A stretch of 64,000 nucleotides of DNA from an uncultured Chloroflexia bacterium (GCA_963847195.1 CAWJZC010000003.1:55968-119967), one strand, 5' to 3'; positions 19,478 through 31,416 are shown, counted from the first letter of the stretch. Notes: generated by a model not told the origin, from the letters alone. Translations and numbers: made by a program.

Positions 19478-20660
19478 TCAGCGCGCGCCGGGGTAATCGA
19501 CGGCCGGGTGCTTCAGCAGTTGCTCCTCGATCAGGTCGGAGCCGAGGCCGGGGCGGGTGGGCACCTGGAGGTAGCCGTTGGTGATCGTGAAGGGGTGCGT
19601 GAGCAGATCGTCGCGCCAGGGCGGGTCGTCCACGTCGATTTCGGCGATGAAGAAGTTCGGCACTGTCGCCGCGACATTTGCCGTGATGAGCGTGGTGAGC
19701 GGGCTGTGGCAGTTGTGGAACGAGCAGAGCACATCGTAGGCGTGGGCCATGTCCGCGATCTTCTTGCCCATCGTGATGCCGTTCCACGCCAAATCCGGCA
19801 TGATGATGTCCTGTGCGTGCAGTTCGAGATAGGGCTTGAATCCAACGCGTGCCGAACAGGCTCTCGCCGGTGCAGATCGTCGTCTTCGTCGATTCGCGGA
19901 TGAGCCGGAGCGCGGCGGGGTCGAAGCTCTCCACCTCCAGCCACATCAGGTTGTACGGCTCCAACGCCTGCGCCAGCTTGATCGCCCCGCCGAGTTTGAA
20001 GCGGAAGGCGACATCGAGCGCGATGTCTATATCGGGGCCGAGCGTCTCCCGCAGCGTGCCGACGATCACCTCCGCGTTGCGACGCGTCGCTGCGGGTAGA
20101 TTCCCCGCGTCCGCCGTGCGGATGTCCACGGGCAGCGCGTCGGGGCGGTCGGCGAGGGCGAAGAGGTTCGTCTTGACGGCGGTGTAGCCGCGCTCCTTCA
20201 CCTCCGCGCACAGCGCGATCAGGTCGTCCGTCGTGCGGACTTGCGTCAGGCCGAGCCGCTCCCAGCGGGTGGCGCGGGTGCTGCCGAAATGGGACCAGTA
20301 GAGGCGCAATTCGTCGCGCATCTTGCCGCCGAGCAGTTGCCAGACGGGCGCATTGAGCACCTTGCCGCGAATATCCCAGAGGGCGGAGTCGATGCCGGAC
20401 ATCGCCTTGGAAGCGATGCCGCCGGTGTGGCGGACGGAGGCGGCGTCGAGGTCCCACCAGATGCGTTCCGCCTGCATCGGGTCCCGCCCGATGATGAACT
20501 CCGCCATCCGCTCGACCATCGCCGCGACCGGCTTCGGCGAGCCCCAATCGGTGCAGTCGCCCCAGCCCACCGTGCCGTCGCTCGTCTCGATCTTCACGAA
20601 CGTCCACGGCCGGAACCCGCCATCGACGATGAAGGTGCGCACGCCGGTAATCGTCAGCAT
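19478..20660 (-). pseudogene. Enolase-superfamily enzyme (mandelate racemase / D-galactonate dehydratase-like), one apparent frameshift near 19848
   Basis: MLTITGVRTFIVDGGFRPWTFVKIETSDGTVGWGDCTDWG...IDIALDVAFRF...LMWLEVESFDP..TICTGESLFGTR then continues in the next frame as VGFKPYLELHAQDIIMPDLAWNGITMGKKIADMAHAYDVLCSFHNC... Confidence 0.8.
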
Positions 20661-20794
20661 CGATCCCCCTAACCCCCGGCCCCTTCCCCGCTGGGGAAGG
20701 GGTGACTCATGTGCATTGCCGTGCTTTGCCGCCACCATCGAACTCCCGGTTTCGCTCCCCTTTCCCCCAGCGGGGAAGGGGCCGGGGGTTAGGG
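20661..20794. repeat. Pair of inverted C/G-run hairpin repeats (CTAACCCCCGGCCCCTTCCCC..GGGGAAGGGG type)
   Basis: CCCCTTCCCCGCTGGGGAAGGGG (20680-20702) and CCCCTTTCCCCCAGCGGGGAAGGGGCCGGGGGTTAGGG (20757-20794) lie in inverted orientation. The ridA stop (TTA 20789-20791 on +) is inside the repeat. Confidence 0.85.
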
Positions 20795-21202
20795 CTGCTC
20801 CCGTACCCGATCCTCCGGGATGACCGCGACGGCTTCGATCTCGATCAGGTATTCGGGGCGGACGAGCGCCGTCACCTCCACGAGCGTGCTCGCCGGGTAG
20901 GGCGGCGGGAAGAACTCGGCGCGCACGGCGTGGATGTCCATCAAGCGAGAGATGTCCGTGACGAAGATCGTCACCTTCTGGATATCGTCCATCGTCCCGC
21001 CCACACTGGTCAGCACGCCCCGAATATTCTCCAGTACCTGCCGGGCTTGCGCGACGATATTGCCCGCACCGACGACGCTGCCATCCTCCGCTTGCGCGAC
21101 TTGGCCGGAGAGATGGAGCACGCGCCCCGGCGGCTGCCAGGCCGCGGCGGAGAAGATCCCGAACGGTTTGACGACGCCCGGCGCATTGAACCCTTGTGCC
21201 AT
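20789..21202 (-). CDS. ridA: RidA/YjgF-family reactive-intermediate deaminase
   Basis: MAQGFNAPGVVKPFGIFSAAAWQPPGRVLHLSGQVA...NIVAQARQVLENIRGVL...KVTIFVTDI...PASTLVEVTALVRPEYLIEIEAVA. SD GGGGAGGAA precedes ATG 21202. Confidence 0.85.
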   Translation of the reverse strand: MAQGFNAPGVVKPFGIFSAAAWQPPGRVLHLSGQVAQAEDGSVVGAGNIVAQARQVLENIRGVLTSVGGTMDDIQKVTIFVTDISRLMDIHAVRAEFFPPPYPASTLVEVTALVRPEYLIEIEAVAVIPEDRVREQP

Positions 21203-21480
21203 CACATTCCTCCCCTCGCGCGGTGCGACCGCACGCAGTACAGAGAACCACCGGAAAGAAACCGAACCGCACGGAGCGTAGCCGATGATGCGTCGCCTTG
21301 TCACCCGTGCGGGCCATGTTGACCGAAAGGACAGGGACTCACCTGGCCTTCCGCTACGGCGAAATCCTGCCCGTTCGCCAGAGGCGGGCCGGGCCGCTCT
21401 TTGGCACGATAGTGGTGAGGCCGTGCGGAGGGAAACGCGTCCCACCGGATACATCGACACGACAATGAGGAGGATTTTCG

Positions 21481-22002
21481 ATGAAACGCTTGCACCACGG
21501 TCGTCTCGTGCTCCTGATGGCGCTGGTCACGCTCGGCATCCTCGCCACGACCGCCGGGCCGGTCGGCGCGACACGGATTTATGTCGACCCGGATCAGCGG
21601 TTCGCCATCGGCGTCGCGGACGGTTGGTCGCAGCGCGCCCCCGACACGAATGGTGTCGTCGCCCTCTGGGCCGTCGATGGCGGTCGCGCGATCTTCAACA
21701 TCGTCCGCGAGAGCGTTCCGTATGGCACGACCAGCGAGGCGTACGCGCGCGCGAATATTGCCGGTGTCTCCACCTTCGACGGGTACACGGAAATCCGCCG
21801 CGACTACGTCACCTGCGCCGATCAGGATTGCCCGATCCTCGACTACACCGCGTACGACGACGGCGGCGAGTTGCAGCGCGTCCAGCAAGTCTTCGTCACG
21901 AAGGGCGCGGACGGCTACGTCCTCACCTACCGGACACGCGCCAACGACGCCGAGCGCTACCGGAGCGACGTGGAGCTGATGGTCTATTCCTTCTCGCTCT
22001 AG
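21481..22002 (+). CDS. Exported hypothetical protein
   Basis: Signal-peptide-like N-terminus MKRLHHGRLVLLMALVTLGILATTAGPVGA. SD GAGGAGG precedes ATG 21481. No family recognised. Confidence 0.55.
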   Translation: MKRLHHGRLVLLMALVTLGILATTAGPVGATRIYVDPDQRFAIGVADGWSQRAPDTNGVVALWAVDGGRAIFNIVRESVPYGTTSEAYARANIAGVSTFDGYTEIRRDYVTCADQDCPILDYTAYDDGGELQRVQQVFVTKGADGYVLTYRTRANDAERYRSDVELMVYSFSL

Positions 22003-22132
22003 GTTTTTACCCACCCCCAACCCCCTCCCGATACGGGAGGGGGCTTTTCTTGCTCCCCTTTCGGGCGCCCTCTGGGCGGCGCCCAGGAAGGGCTGGTGGT
22101 CTCCAGGCGCGTTTGCCCGACGCCATCGGCGT

Positions 22133-22748
22133 GCGGCAGATCGAGCGCGTGACAATAGCGGATGCCCATCCGACTCGTCAGCGTGCCGCTGTGCTCGGCG
22201 TAGCAGGGATCGATCTGCAGCATCTGCGCGTGCAACTGATTGACCAGGCGCGTCCGCTCCGCCACGAGGTTATCGCGATGATCGCTCAACAGCCGCAACT
22301 CGGTGCTGACATCGTCACGCCGGACGAGCGGCAAATGCTCGGGCTCGGCTTGCAGCAATCGCGCCATCGCCAGCGCATCAGCGTGATCGGTCTTATCTTG
22401 GTTGCGTCCGCGCTTGCGATACTGCGCCGTGCGATGCGGGACGATCTCGTGGACCGCGGTTTCTCCGCTGCTGAGCAGGAACTGGGCAAAGCCCTTGCCC
22501 AGCGAGCCGCTGTTCTCGACGCCCCAGATGCAGGTGGCGTCGCGATCGTGCGCCCACTGGAGCGCTACGGCCCACCCGGCGGGCGAATTCGCCACCTTCT
22601 GGGTGCCACAGCCCTGTCCGCGTGTATCGAGCGCAACCATGACATGCTGTTTCTTGTGCGTATCGACACCGATGTGCACGTCGCCCTCCTCCGTCCGCAG
22701 TTTGACGATCGGCACGCGGGGGCGACAGGTCTGTATGGAGAAGGTCAC
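22133..22748 (-). mobile_element. IS110-family transposase remnant (N-terminal DEDD domain only, 3' truncated)
   Basis: VHIGVDTHKKQHVMVALD...WGVENSGSLG...LAMARLL...LRLLSDHRDNLVAERTRLVNQLHAQM is typical of the IS110 N-terminal half. The C-terminal Transposase_20 part is absent and similarity stops near 22130, next to a C/G-run hairpin (22021-22043). Confidence 0.75.
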
Positions 22749-22976
22749 ATGCTCCCGTTGAGTCTGCCACCCGGTGCCTGGAGTGAAGAGGGCGACAGCT
22801 CACATGCAAGCGTCACCGCGCAGCTAAGTCCTGAGTCAACCCTCTTCCTCGACACACTAACATACAGGCTAAGGCCCGGGCAGGTTCGCGTAATCTGGCG
22901 ATTGGTTGCACAATAGAGAACCGTTGACGGGTGGGCGGGAGCGAGTGCAGCCGCGTGGAGAAGGGGGCCGGGGGCG

Positions 22977-24281
<1,305 letters not shown>

Positions 24282-24305
24282 TGATGAAATGGCGGCGTCT
24301 CTGAT

Positions 24306-24362
24306 GGTAGCGTAGATGCGCCTGCGGCTCTCCGGCTGGGACGAAAACGCACCTACGCTACC
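24306..24362. repeat. Hairpin repeat downstream of the DAHP synthase gene
   Basis: GGTAGCGTAGATGCG (24306-24320) pairs with CGCACCTACGCTACC (24348-24362), with one mismatch and a 27-nt loop. Confidence 0.7.
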
Positions 24363-24559
24363 GCACATTTCCCCGGCCCTTCTCGCGCGCGACCGACTCT
24401 GAGACGCATCCGCAGCCCGGTCGCGCGATAGACAGCCCTGTATGCCACCCCCTATACTTGCGTGCAATCATGCCGGGACTCTCCGATTGATACGCCGGTC
24501 GCGTGGCGGAGCAGCTCGCCGAGATGATTATCTGAGCCGTATAACCGTTTTATTGGGGG

Positions 24560-25900
24560 GTGCAGATGCGACGATGGTTCTTCCCGCTCACGCTGATGCT
24601 CTTGTGCGCCTTCGTCCTCGTCGGGTGCGGCGGCAGCGCGGCCACCGCGACTACCGCGAAACCGACGACGGCTGCCGCCACGACCGCGCCGAGCGCGGCC
24701 TCTCCCGCCGCGGCGGCAACGCGGCCCGCCGCGAGTAGCGCGTCCGGCGCGACCGCCCCGGCAGGGGCGGTCACGCCCGCAGCCAGCACAGCGGCGAGTG
24801 GCAGCGCGGTCGCCAGTGGCGGCACGATCAAACTCGGCATGATTACCTCACTCACCGGCCCGTACAACCCGCTCGGCGGCTTCAACAAGCAGGCGGCCGA
24901 TCTGCTCGTCAAGCAGATCAACGACGCAGGCGGCATCAATGGCGCCAAGATCGACCTGCAGATCGAGGACGACCAATCGAACCCATCCAATGGCCCGACC
25001 ATCGTCAAGAAGTTCGTCGCCAACAAGGTCGTGGGGATCATCGGCCCGGTCTTCAGTTCCACCTGCGCCGCCATCCTCGATGATGTCGAGGCGGCGAAGA
25101 TTCCGATGATTACGCAGTGCGCGGCGGACTCGGTCGTCACGCCGATCCGCCCCAATGTCTTCCTCGGCCCGCAGTCCACCCGCTTCGCGGCGGACCAATT
25201 GCTCGGCTACTTGAAGAGCCAGGGCAAGACGAAGATCGCCGTTATGCACGACGCGACGGAGTACGGCTCGCTCGGCTGGAACGTCATCAAGGCGGATGCC
25301 GCCAAATTCGGCATCGCCGGCGTGGACGAGCAACTCTACGAACTGACCGCGACGACCTTCATCCCGCAACTGACGAAGATCAAGAATAGCGACGCCCAGG
25401 CGATCATCAGTTGGGGCTCCGGCGCGCCCGCCGTGACGATCACCAAGGAGTACCGCCAACTCGGCCTGACGCAGCCGCTCCACTTCAGCGGCGCGCAGGC
25501 AAGCCCCCTGTACATCAAGCCCGCCGGGGACGCGGCGAATGGCATCGTCATGCAGTGCCAGTTGGGGCCGCTCGGCAAGTATCTGCCGGATAGCAACCCC
25601 TCCAAGGCGCTGATCACCAAGTTCGACGCCGATTTCATGGCGGCCTATAACACCCCGCCCGCCCAGTTCGCCTACAACACCAATGACGCGCTCTCGCTCT
25701 TCGTCAACGCCATCAAGAAGGCGGGCGCCGACCCGGCGAAGATTCGCGACGCAATCGAGCAGACACAGGGCTTCGTCACCGTGGACGGCGTCTACAACTA
25801 CTCCCCGACCGACCACACCGGCCTGAGCCAGGACAGCCTCTGGGTCGCCCAAGTCAAGGACGGCGGCCTCGTCCCGACGATGTACGGGAACGGGAAGTAG
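24560..25900 (+). CDS. Branched-chain amino-acid (Leu/Ile/Val-type) ABC transporter substrate-binding lipoprotein
   Basis: Lipobox LCAFVLVGCGG, then a LivJ/Peripla_BP_6-like body IKLGMITSLTGPYNPLGGFNKQAADLLVKQINDAGGINGAKIDLQIEDDQSNP. TAG 25898-25900 is part of the GTAGCCA array. Confidence 0.8.
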   Translation: MQMRRWFFPLTLMLLCAFVLVGCGGSAATATTAKPTTAAATTAPSAASPAAAATRPAASSASGATAPAGAVTPAASTAASGSAVASGGTIKLGMITSLTGPYNPLGGFNKQAADLLVKQINDAGGINGAKIDLQIEDDQSNPSNGPTIVKKFVANKVVGIIGPVFSSTCAAILDDVEAAKIPMITQCAADSVVTPIRPNVFLGPQSTRFAADQLLGYLKSQGKTKIAVMHDATEYGSLGWNVIKADAAKFGIAGVDEQLYELTATTFIPQLTKIKNSDAQAIISWGSGAPAVTITKEYRQLGLTQPLHFSGAQASPLYIKPAGDAANGIVMQCQLGPLGKYLPDSNPSKALITKFDADFMAAYNTPPAQFAYNTNDALSLFVNAIKKAGADPAKIRDAIEQTQGFVTVDGVYNYSPTDHTGLSQDSLWVAQVKDGGLVPTMYGNGK

Positions 25901-25990
25901 CCAGTAGCCAGTAGCCAGTAGCCAGTGGGCAGAAAACGCGCGTATCGCCTCCGCTCCCAACTGACTACTGGCTACTGGCTACTGGCTACT
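25898..25990. repeat. Heptamer-armed hairpin (GTAGCCA)x4 / (TGGCTAC)x4
   Basis: GTAGCCAGTAGCCAGTAGCCAGTAGCCAGTGG (25898-25929) and CTGACTACTGGCTACTGGCTACTGGCTACT (25961-25990). Confidence 0.9.
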
Positions 25991-26007
25991 CAGGAGCGGA
26001 GCGACGA

Positions 26008-26769
26008 GTGCTCACCATTGACGGGGTGTCGAAGCGGTTTGGCGGGGTGGCGGCGCTCGCGGATGTGAGCGTTACCGTGACGCAGGGGCAACTGCTGGCG
26101 ATCATCGGGCCGAATGGGGCGGGGAAGTCGACGCTCTTCCAGACGATTGCCGGGCAGCACCGGCCGGACGCGGGGCATATTACGTTCCTCGGGCGGGTGA
26201 TCACCGATGTGCTGCCCTATCAGCGCGCGCGCCTCGGCATCGCCATCGCCTTTCAGGATGTCCGGCTCTTCCCGGAAATGTCGGTGCTGGAGAATGTGAT
26301 GGTCGGCTGCCATACGAGCGGCCACCACGGCTTCTGGGAGGCGGCGCTGCGGCTGCCGCGCCACTGGCGAGAGGAAGCGGCGACGCGCGACAAAGCACGC
26401 ACGTTGCTGGCGCGCGTCGGCATGGCAGAGATCGCCGATGTTGCGGCGGAAAGTCTCCCCTTCGGGCAGCAGCGGCGCGTCGCCATCGCCCGCGCCCTCG
26501 CCACGAACCCGACGCTCCTTCTCCTCGATGAGCCGGCGGCGGGACTTTCGACGAGCGAGCGGGGCGACCTCGCCCGCCTGATCCGCACCATCGTCGCCTC
26601 CGGCGTGACGGTCGTCTTGATCGAGCACGATGTCAATCTCGTCATGGCGCTCGCGGACCATGTCGTCGTGCTCGAATATGGCCGCGTGATCGCCTCGGGC
26701 CCGCCCGCCGAGGTGCAACGCGATCCGCGCGTCATCGAGGCGTACATCGGCGCGGAGGTGGCCTCATGA
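26008..26769 (+). CDS. livG: Branched-chain amino-acid ABC transporter ATP-binding protein LivG
   Basis: Walker A GPNGAGKST, LivG-specific insertion MVGCHTSGHHGFWEAALRLPRHWREE, signature LPFGQQRRVAIARAL, Walker B LLLLDEP. GTG 26008 follows CAGGAG. Confidence 0.85.
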   Translation: MLTIDGVSKRFGGVAALADVSVTVTQGQLLAIIGPNGAGKSTLFQTIAGQHRPDAGHITFLGRVITDVLPYQRARLGIAIAFQDVRLFPEMSVLENVMVGCHTSGHHGFWEAALRLPRHWREEAATRDKARTLLARVGMAEIADVAAESLPFGQQRRVAIARALATNPTLLLLDEPAAGLSTSERGDLARLIRTIVASGVTVVLIEHDVNLVMALADHVVVLEYGRVIASGPPAEVQRDPRVIEAYIGAEVAS

Positions 26770-27620
26770 ACCTCACCCCCCCGCCCCCTCTCCGTCAAGC
26801 GGAGAGGGGGCGCACGGAGGGAGCGTTGCTTGCAGTGCGCGATCTGCGCGTGCGGTATGGGAGCATCGAGGCGCTCCGCAGGGTATCGCTCTCGGTGATG
26901 CCGGGGGAGTTCGTGGCGATTGTCGGGCCGAATGGGGCGGGCAAGAGTACGCTGGTCAACACGATTGCCGGGTTGCTCCGCCCGGCGCGCGGCACGATCA
27001 CCTTCGATGGCGCGCGGATCGGCGGGCTGTCGTCGGCGCGGGTCGTGCAACGCGGCATCGCGCAGGTGCCGGAGGGTCGGCAGGTCTTCAGCGAGTTGAG
27101 CGTGGAGGACAATCTCGCGCTCGGCGCGTTCGGTCGCTACTTCCGCTCGCCCATTCCTCATCGATGGCTACGCGCGGCTGCTCGGCGGGCGGCGGCGCGA
27201 TGGCGGCGGACCTCGCGCGAGTCTATACGCTCTTCCCCAAACTCCACGACCTGCGGGCGCGGCAGGCGGGCACCCTGAGCGGCGGCGAGCAGCAGATGCT
27301 CGCCCTCGGTCGCGCACTGATGAGCGAGGCGCGCCTCTTGATGATCGACGAACTCTCGCTCGGCCTCGCACCGCTCGTCGTGCGGGACATCGCCGAGCAT
27401 CTGCGCGCCCTGAACGCCGGCGGACTGACGGTGCTGCTCGTCGAGCAGAATGTGCATCTCGCCTTCTCGCTGGCGGCGCGCATCTACGTGCTGGAAAACG
27501 GCCGCGTCCACGCGGAGGGCACAGCGGAGGAACTGCGGCGGCAGCCCGAGATCGAGCGCGTCTACCTCGGCAGCCCGGTCGAGGCAGGCGTCAGATGGAG
27601 GCAGGCGGCAGCGCCGTTGA
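26766..27620 (+). pseudogene. livF: Branched-chain amino-acid ABC transporter ATP-binding protein LivF, frame broken near 27145 and 27185 (probably again near its end)
   Basis: LLAVRDLRVRYGSIEALRRVSLSVMPGEFVAIVGPNGAGKSTL.. / RPFLIDGYARLLGG / AMAADLARVYTLFPKLHDLRARQAGTLSGGEQQMLALGRAL..LLMIDELSLGLAP. The first ~15 codons translate repeat 26771-26810. As written, the frame runs into livH with no stop; a further +1 step gives TGA 27618-27620. Confidence 0.8.
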
Positions 27621-28470
27621 GTGAGTTCGGCCAGTACCTCGTGACGGGTATCGCGACGGGCGCATCGTTCGCGCTCGTCGCCCTCGGCTTCGTCGCCATC
27701 TATCGCGTCACGCATGTCGTCAACTTCGCGCAGGGCGCCTTCGCGATGCTCGGCGGCTACGTGATGTCCTCGATGCTCGACCGCGCGCTGCCGGGGCCGC
27801 TCGCCGCCCTCTGCGCGGTGCTGATCGTCGCGGCGATCGGCACGCTCGTCGGCGTGCTGGCGGTCGGCAAGCCGCGCCTGCCGATCATCGCCTCGCTGAT
27901 GATTACGCTCGGCCTCTCGGTGCTGATCGAGGGTATTTGCCTGCTCCATCTGGGGCGACATCCCGACGACCTACAACGGCGTCGGCAGCAAGGCGCTCGA
28001 CGTGTTCGACTATCCTTATCCTGCCGCAGCAACTCGTCGTCGTCGCGGCGGTGGCGGTCGTCTTCCCGCTCTTCCAACTCTTCTTCGCCCGCACCTACAT
28101 CGGCAAGGCGGTGACGGCGTGCGCGCTCAACCAGCGCGCGGCGCAACTGGTCGGCATCAATCCGCGCGTGATGGCCTTCCTCGCCTTCGGCGTCGCGGCG
28201 GCGTGCGGGGCACTCTCCGGCATCCTGACGACGCCCCTCTCGCCACTCACCTCGGACGCGGACGTCAACATCGCCATCAACGGCTTCGCGGGGGCGATCG
28301 TCGGCGGTCTGATCAGCCCGGCAGGCGCGGTGATCGGCAGCATCCTCCTCGGCATCGCGCAGACGATGATGGCGGGCTACTTCGACCCGTCCTACCAACT
28401 CGTCGTCGCCCTGCTCGTGATGATCGCTGTCCTGATCGCCCGCCCCAACGGCCTCTGGCGCCGCGCATAG
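27617..28470 (+). pseudogene. livH: Branched-chain amino-acid ABC transporter permease LivH, two apparent frameshifts (near 27950 and 28005)
   Basis: LSEFGQYLVTGIATGASFALVALGFVAIYRVTHVVNFAQGAF.. / IWGDIPTTYNGVGSKALDVFD / ILPQQLVVVAAVAVVFPLFQLFFARTYIGKAVTACALNQRAAQLVGINP... The start is taken as TTG 27617 (tentative). Confidence 0.75.
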
Positions 28471-28476
28471 TGGGAT

Positions 28477-28585
28477 GTACCACAGAGCCACAGAGAACGC
28501 AGAGAGGGAAAGAGGATGAGGGGTAGAGAAAGTCCAGAAGTCATTCTCTTGTTTCTTCTCCGTGCTCTCTGTGTCTCGGTGGTTC
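28477..28585. repeat. CACAGAG-type long palindromic element (copy 3)
   Basis: GTACCACAGAGCCACAGAGAACGCAGAGAG ... CTCCGTGCTCTCTGTGTCTCGGTGGTTC, between livH and livM inside the operon. Confidence 0.9.
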
Positions 28586-28602
28586 AAGCGTTACCCGGAG
28601 GG

Positions 28603-29638
28603 ATGATGGCCGTGCGGCGTGTGGGGATTGGATTGCTGGCGCTGGTTGCTGCGGTGGTCGTGGCGGTGCTGCCGCGCGCGTTGACGCCGGACAAGCAAGA
28701 TGTCGTCATCTTCATGGGGCTGTACACGATTGTCGGCGCGGGGTTGACACTCCTGATGGGCTTCGCGGGGCAGGTATCACTCGGGCAGGGGGGCTTTTTC
28801 GCCATCGGTGCGTATACCGTCGGGCTGCTGACGGCGAAGGCGCACTGGAACCCCTGGCTCGCGCTCGTCGTCGCGCCGGTGGCGGCGCTCGCGGTGGGGT
28901 ATGTCGTCGGCCTGCCGCTGCTCCGCCTGCGCGGGCATCATCTGGCGGTGGCGACGCTCGCCTTCGGCATCATCGTCTACACCCTCCTCAATAATCTGCG
29001 GGGCCTCACCGGCGGGCCGGTCGGTCTGCGAGGAATCAAGCAGCCGACGCATCGGCGGCACAGTACTCAGCGGCGAGCGCTTCTACGACTTCATCTGGAT
29101 CGTCGCGGCGCTCTCGCTCGTCGTCGCCTGGAACATCGTCCGCTCGCGACCGGGGCGGGCGCTCCGGGCGATCGCGCAGCACGAGGGGGCGGCGGAGTCG
29201 GTCGGCATCAATGTGCGCCTCTACCGCCTGACGATCTTCGCCATCGCGGCGATGTTCGCGGGCGGCGGCGGGCGGCTTATTCGCCAGTTACTTCAAGTTC
29301 CTCTCGCCGGACTCATTCAAGCCCACCGCTCTCGCATCCTCTTCCTGATCATCGTCGCCGTCGGCGGCCTGGGGAACGTCTACGGCGCGCTCGTCGGCTC
29401 GGTCGCCATCGTCCTACTGACGGAGTTCCTCAAGCGGCTCTCCACCCGGCCGGACTTCCCCGCCCGCGCGCCCGTCGTCTTGCAGTCCATCGTCTACGCC
29501 GCTATCCTCATCCTCATCATGCTCTTCCTGCCGCGCGGCCTCCTCCCCGGCATGATCCACTCCGGTCGCCAACTGATCGCCCGCATCCGGGGCACGCGCA
29601 CCATCGGCGTACCTCTCGACGAACTCGCGGACGGCTGA
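28603..29638 (+). pseudogene. livM: Branched-chain amino-acid ABC transporter permease LivM, about 3 frame breaks (near 29040, 29268, 29325)
   Basis: MMAVRRVGIGLLALV..FMGLYTIVGAGLTLLMGFAGQVSLGQGGFFAIGAYTVG.. / ERFYDFIWIVAALSLV..RALRAIAQHEGAAESVGINV..AAMFAG / AGGLFASYFKFLSPDSFKPT / ILFLIIVAVGGLGNVYGALVGS... Confidence 0.8.
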
Positions 29639-29767
29639 GGACGGGGATTGCCAGCCGCAGAGAGTTCAAACGGTTCCCCGCTGATTGTGCATCTTTGCCA
29701 ATCGCGCACATCAAACCTTTCGATGCTGCACATCGTTTCCTCTCACTCCGTTATGTATACTGATTGC

Positions 29768-30157
29768 ATGATCGCGACCCCGGTGCATGTCTATCGGGGT
29801 GACGCACGCGCGGTGGTGGCGCGACCTCCCCACGGAGAGTACCCATCGCGGGAACGGGAGCATGGCATGATAACCTTTGACGGGCGCGACGTTTCGATGC
29901 AGCAGGAGCGATTTCTCCAACAGGTGGTTGCCCATCATCATGCCGGTGACTATTACCCCGATCCGCAGGCGATTGGGGAGGAATTGCGCCTCACGCAGGG
30001 ACAGACCACGTCAGTGCTCCGCGATCTCCGCGCGATTGGCTGGATTGCCTCCAGCCCCTATCATCCTGAGCAGCGGATACGCCTCACCCCCCGTTGCTGG
30101 AACATTCTCCGCTGCGTCCCCGCTCCGGAATCGGTCGGCGCGCGGGATGCGGCATAA
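29768..30157 (+). CDS. Hypothetical protein, possible winged-helix segment
   Basis: An ORF in a lower-GC patch. IGEELRLTQGQTTSVLRDLRAIGWI looks wHTH-like. The start is uncertain (ATG 29768 or 29867). Confidence 0.35.
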   Translation: MIATPVHVYRGDARAVVARPPHGEYPSREREHGMITFDGRDVSMQQERFLQQVVAHHHAGDYYPDPQAIGEELRLTQGQTTSVLRDLRAIGWIASSPYHPEQRIRLTPRCWNILRCVPAPESVGARDAA

Positions 30158-30220
30158 TACGAAAATGCGCTCCGGCGACGGGGCACATGGGACATATTAA
30201 GGTTTTGGAGGTCTTTACCG

Positions 30221-30397
30221 ATGGTTCAAAGCGAACACGAGCAGCACGATCCGACGCTGCCGCCGACGGCAGCCCTGCATCAGCACGCCGCGCGCCTCAG
30301 AAACGAGGCGGCCCGCCTCAAGGCGGCGCACCGCTACTTCCAGCGCACGGCGACGCGACGACCGTTCCGGCGTGAGGAGATCATGGAGGCTGCCTGA
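30221..30397 (+). CDS. Small hypothetical ORF (58 aa), below the ORF-track cutoff
   Basis: ATG 30221 is preceded by GGAGG at an 8-nt spacing. It encodes MVQSEHEQHDPTLPPTAALHQHAARLRNEAARLKAAHRYFQRTATRRPFRREEIMEAA and ends at TGA 30395-30397. Confidence 0.3.
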   Translation: MVQSEHEQHDPTLPPTAALHQHAARLRNEAARLKAAHRYFQRTATRRPFRREEIMEAA

Positions 30398-30411
30398 CGC
30401 GCCGAGCGCGC

Positions 30412-31416
30412 TCACGGCCTCATTGCTCCCATCTTCTTCCAGGCATCGAGCACTGCCACTTCCCGCGCGGGGTCCAGACCGGCGCGACGGGGAGTGTCGG
30501 ACGGCATGGTCGCGTCCCAGGCGAGGGTATCGCGCACCGTCTCGGCAATCGGGCGGAAGGTCAATCCCGCCGCGTACGCCTTGTCGCTCCGCGCGGTGTT
30601 GATACCGTTCATGCTCGCCGGGAGCCAGAGGGGTAATTCCATCCACGGGCCGACACCCTGCGCGCGCAAGACTTCCTCATCCACCCAGGTAAACCGCGCG
30701 CCGCTGCCGCTGACCGTTTTGCACGCGTCAAGCAGTTCGCCCATTGTCAGTGAGTAATCCGGGCCTTTGGCATTGTAGACACCCGTCGTGCCCGCCTCCG
30801 CCATGTGGACGATCCACGCCGCGAGGTCGCGCACATCGACGATGAACCGCACCGGCTGCTCCGGCCTGCCCGGCGCGAGCACATCGCCGCCCTGCGCGAC
30901 GCGATGCGGCCAGTAGGTGAAGCGGTTGGACGGGTCGTGCGGCCCGACGATCAGGCCGGGGCGGACGATCAGTGCCCGGCCCGGCATCGCCGCCTCCACC
31001 GCCCGCTCGCAGAGCGCCTTGAGCGGCCCGAAGGTCTCGCCCGTCACCTCCTCCACCGTCTCATCCGGGATCGTGCCGACGGGCGACGTTTCATCGCTCC
31101 CCGACGAGGCGAGATCCGCGTAGACAGACATCGTAGAGATAAATGTGTAGTGCCCGACGGTGTCCGCCAGCAATTCCGCCGACGCCCGCACGACGCGCGG
31201 GAAGGAGCCGCAGGTGTCGATCACCGCGTCCCATTGCCGCCCACGCAGGGCGTCGAGCCCGCCATCGCGGTCCCCGCGTACCTTCTCCACCTCGGGGAAG
31301 AGATCGGGATTATGCTGCCCGCGATTGAAGAGCGTCACCACATGCCCGCGTTCCCGCGCCGCCTCCACCAGATGCCGCCCGAGGAAGATCGTCCCGCCGA
31401 TAATGAGGATCTTCAT
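30412..31416 (-). CDS. NAD-dependent epimerase/dehydratase-family (extended SDR) protein
   Basis: Rossmann N-terminus MKILIIGGTIFLGRHLVEAARERGHVVTLFNRG; intact 334-aa ORF. Confidence 0.8.
   Translation of the reverse strand: MKILIIGGTIFLGRHLVEAARERGHVVTLFNRGQHNPDLFPEVEKVRGDRDGGLDALRGRQWDAVIDTCGSFPRVVRASAELLADTVGHYTFISTMSVYADLASSGSDETSPVGTIPDETVEEVTGETFGPLKALCERAVEAAMPGRALIVRPGLIVGPHDPSNRFTYWPHRVAQGGDVLAPGRPEQPVRFIVDVRDLAAWIVHMAEAGTTGVYNAKGPDYSLTMGELLDACKTVSGSGARFTWVDEEVLRAQGVGPWMELPLWLPASMNGINTARSDKAYAAGLTFRPIAETVRDTLAWDATMPSDTPRRAGLDPAREVAVLDAWKKMGAMRP

Noticed and set aside
25898-25990. Tandem short repeats considered as a possible CRISPR array
   Set aside because: The repeat unit is 7 nt with no spacers, the two blocks are inverted copies of each other, and there are no cas genes in the window.
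27560-27640. Apparent in-frame LivF-LivH fusion protein
   Set aside because: The region is riddled with +1 indels. One more +1 step ends LivF at TGA 27618-27620, overlapping a TTG start for LivH, which is the normal operon arrangement.
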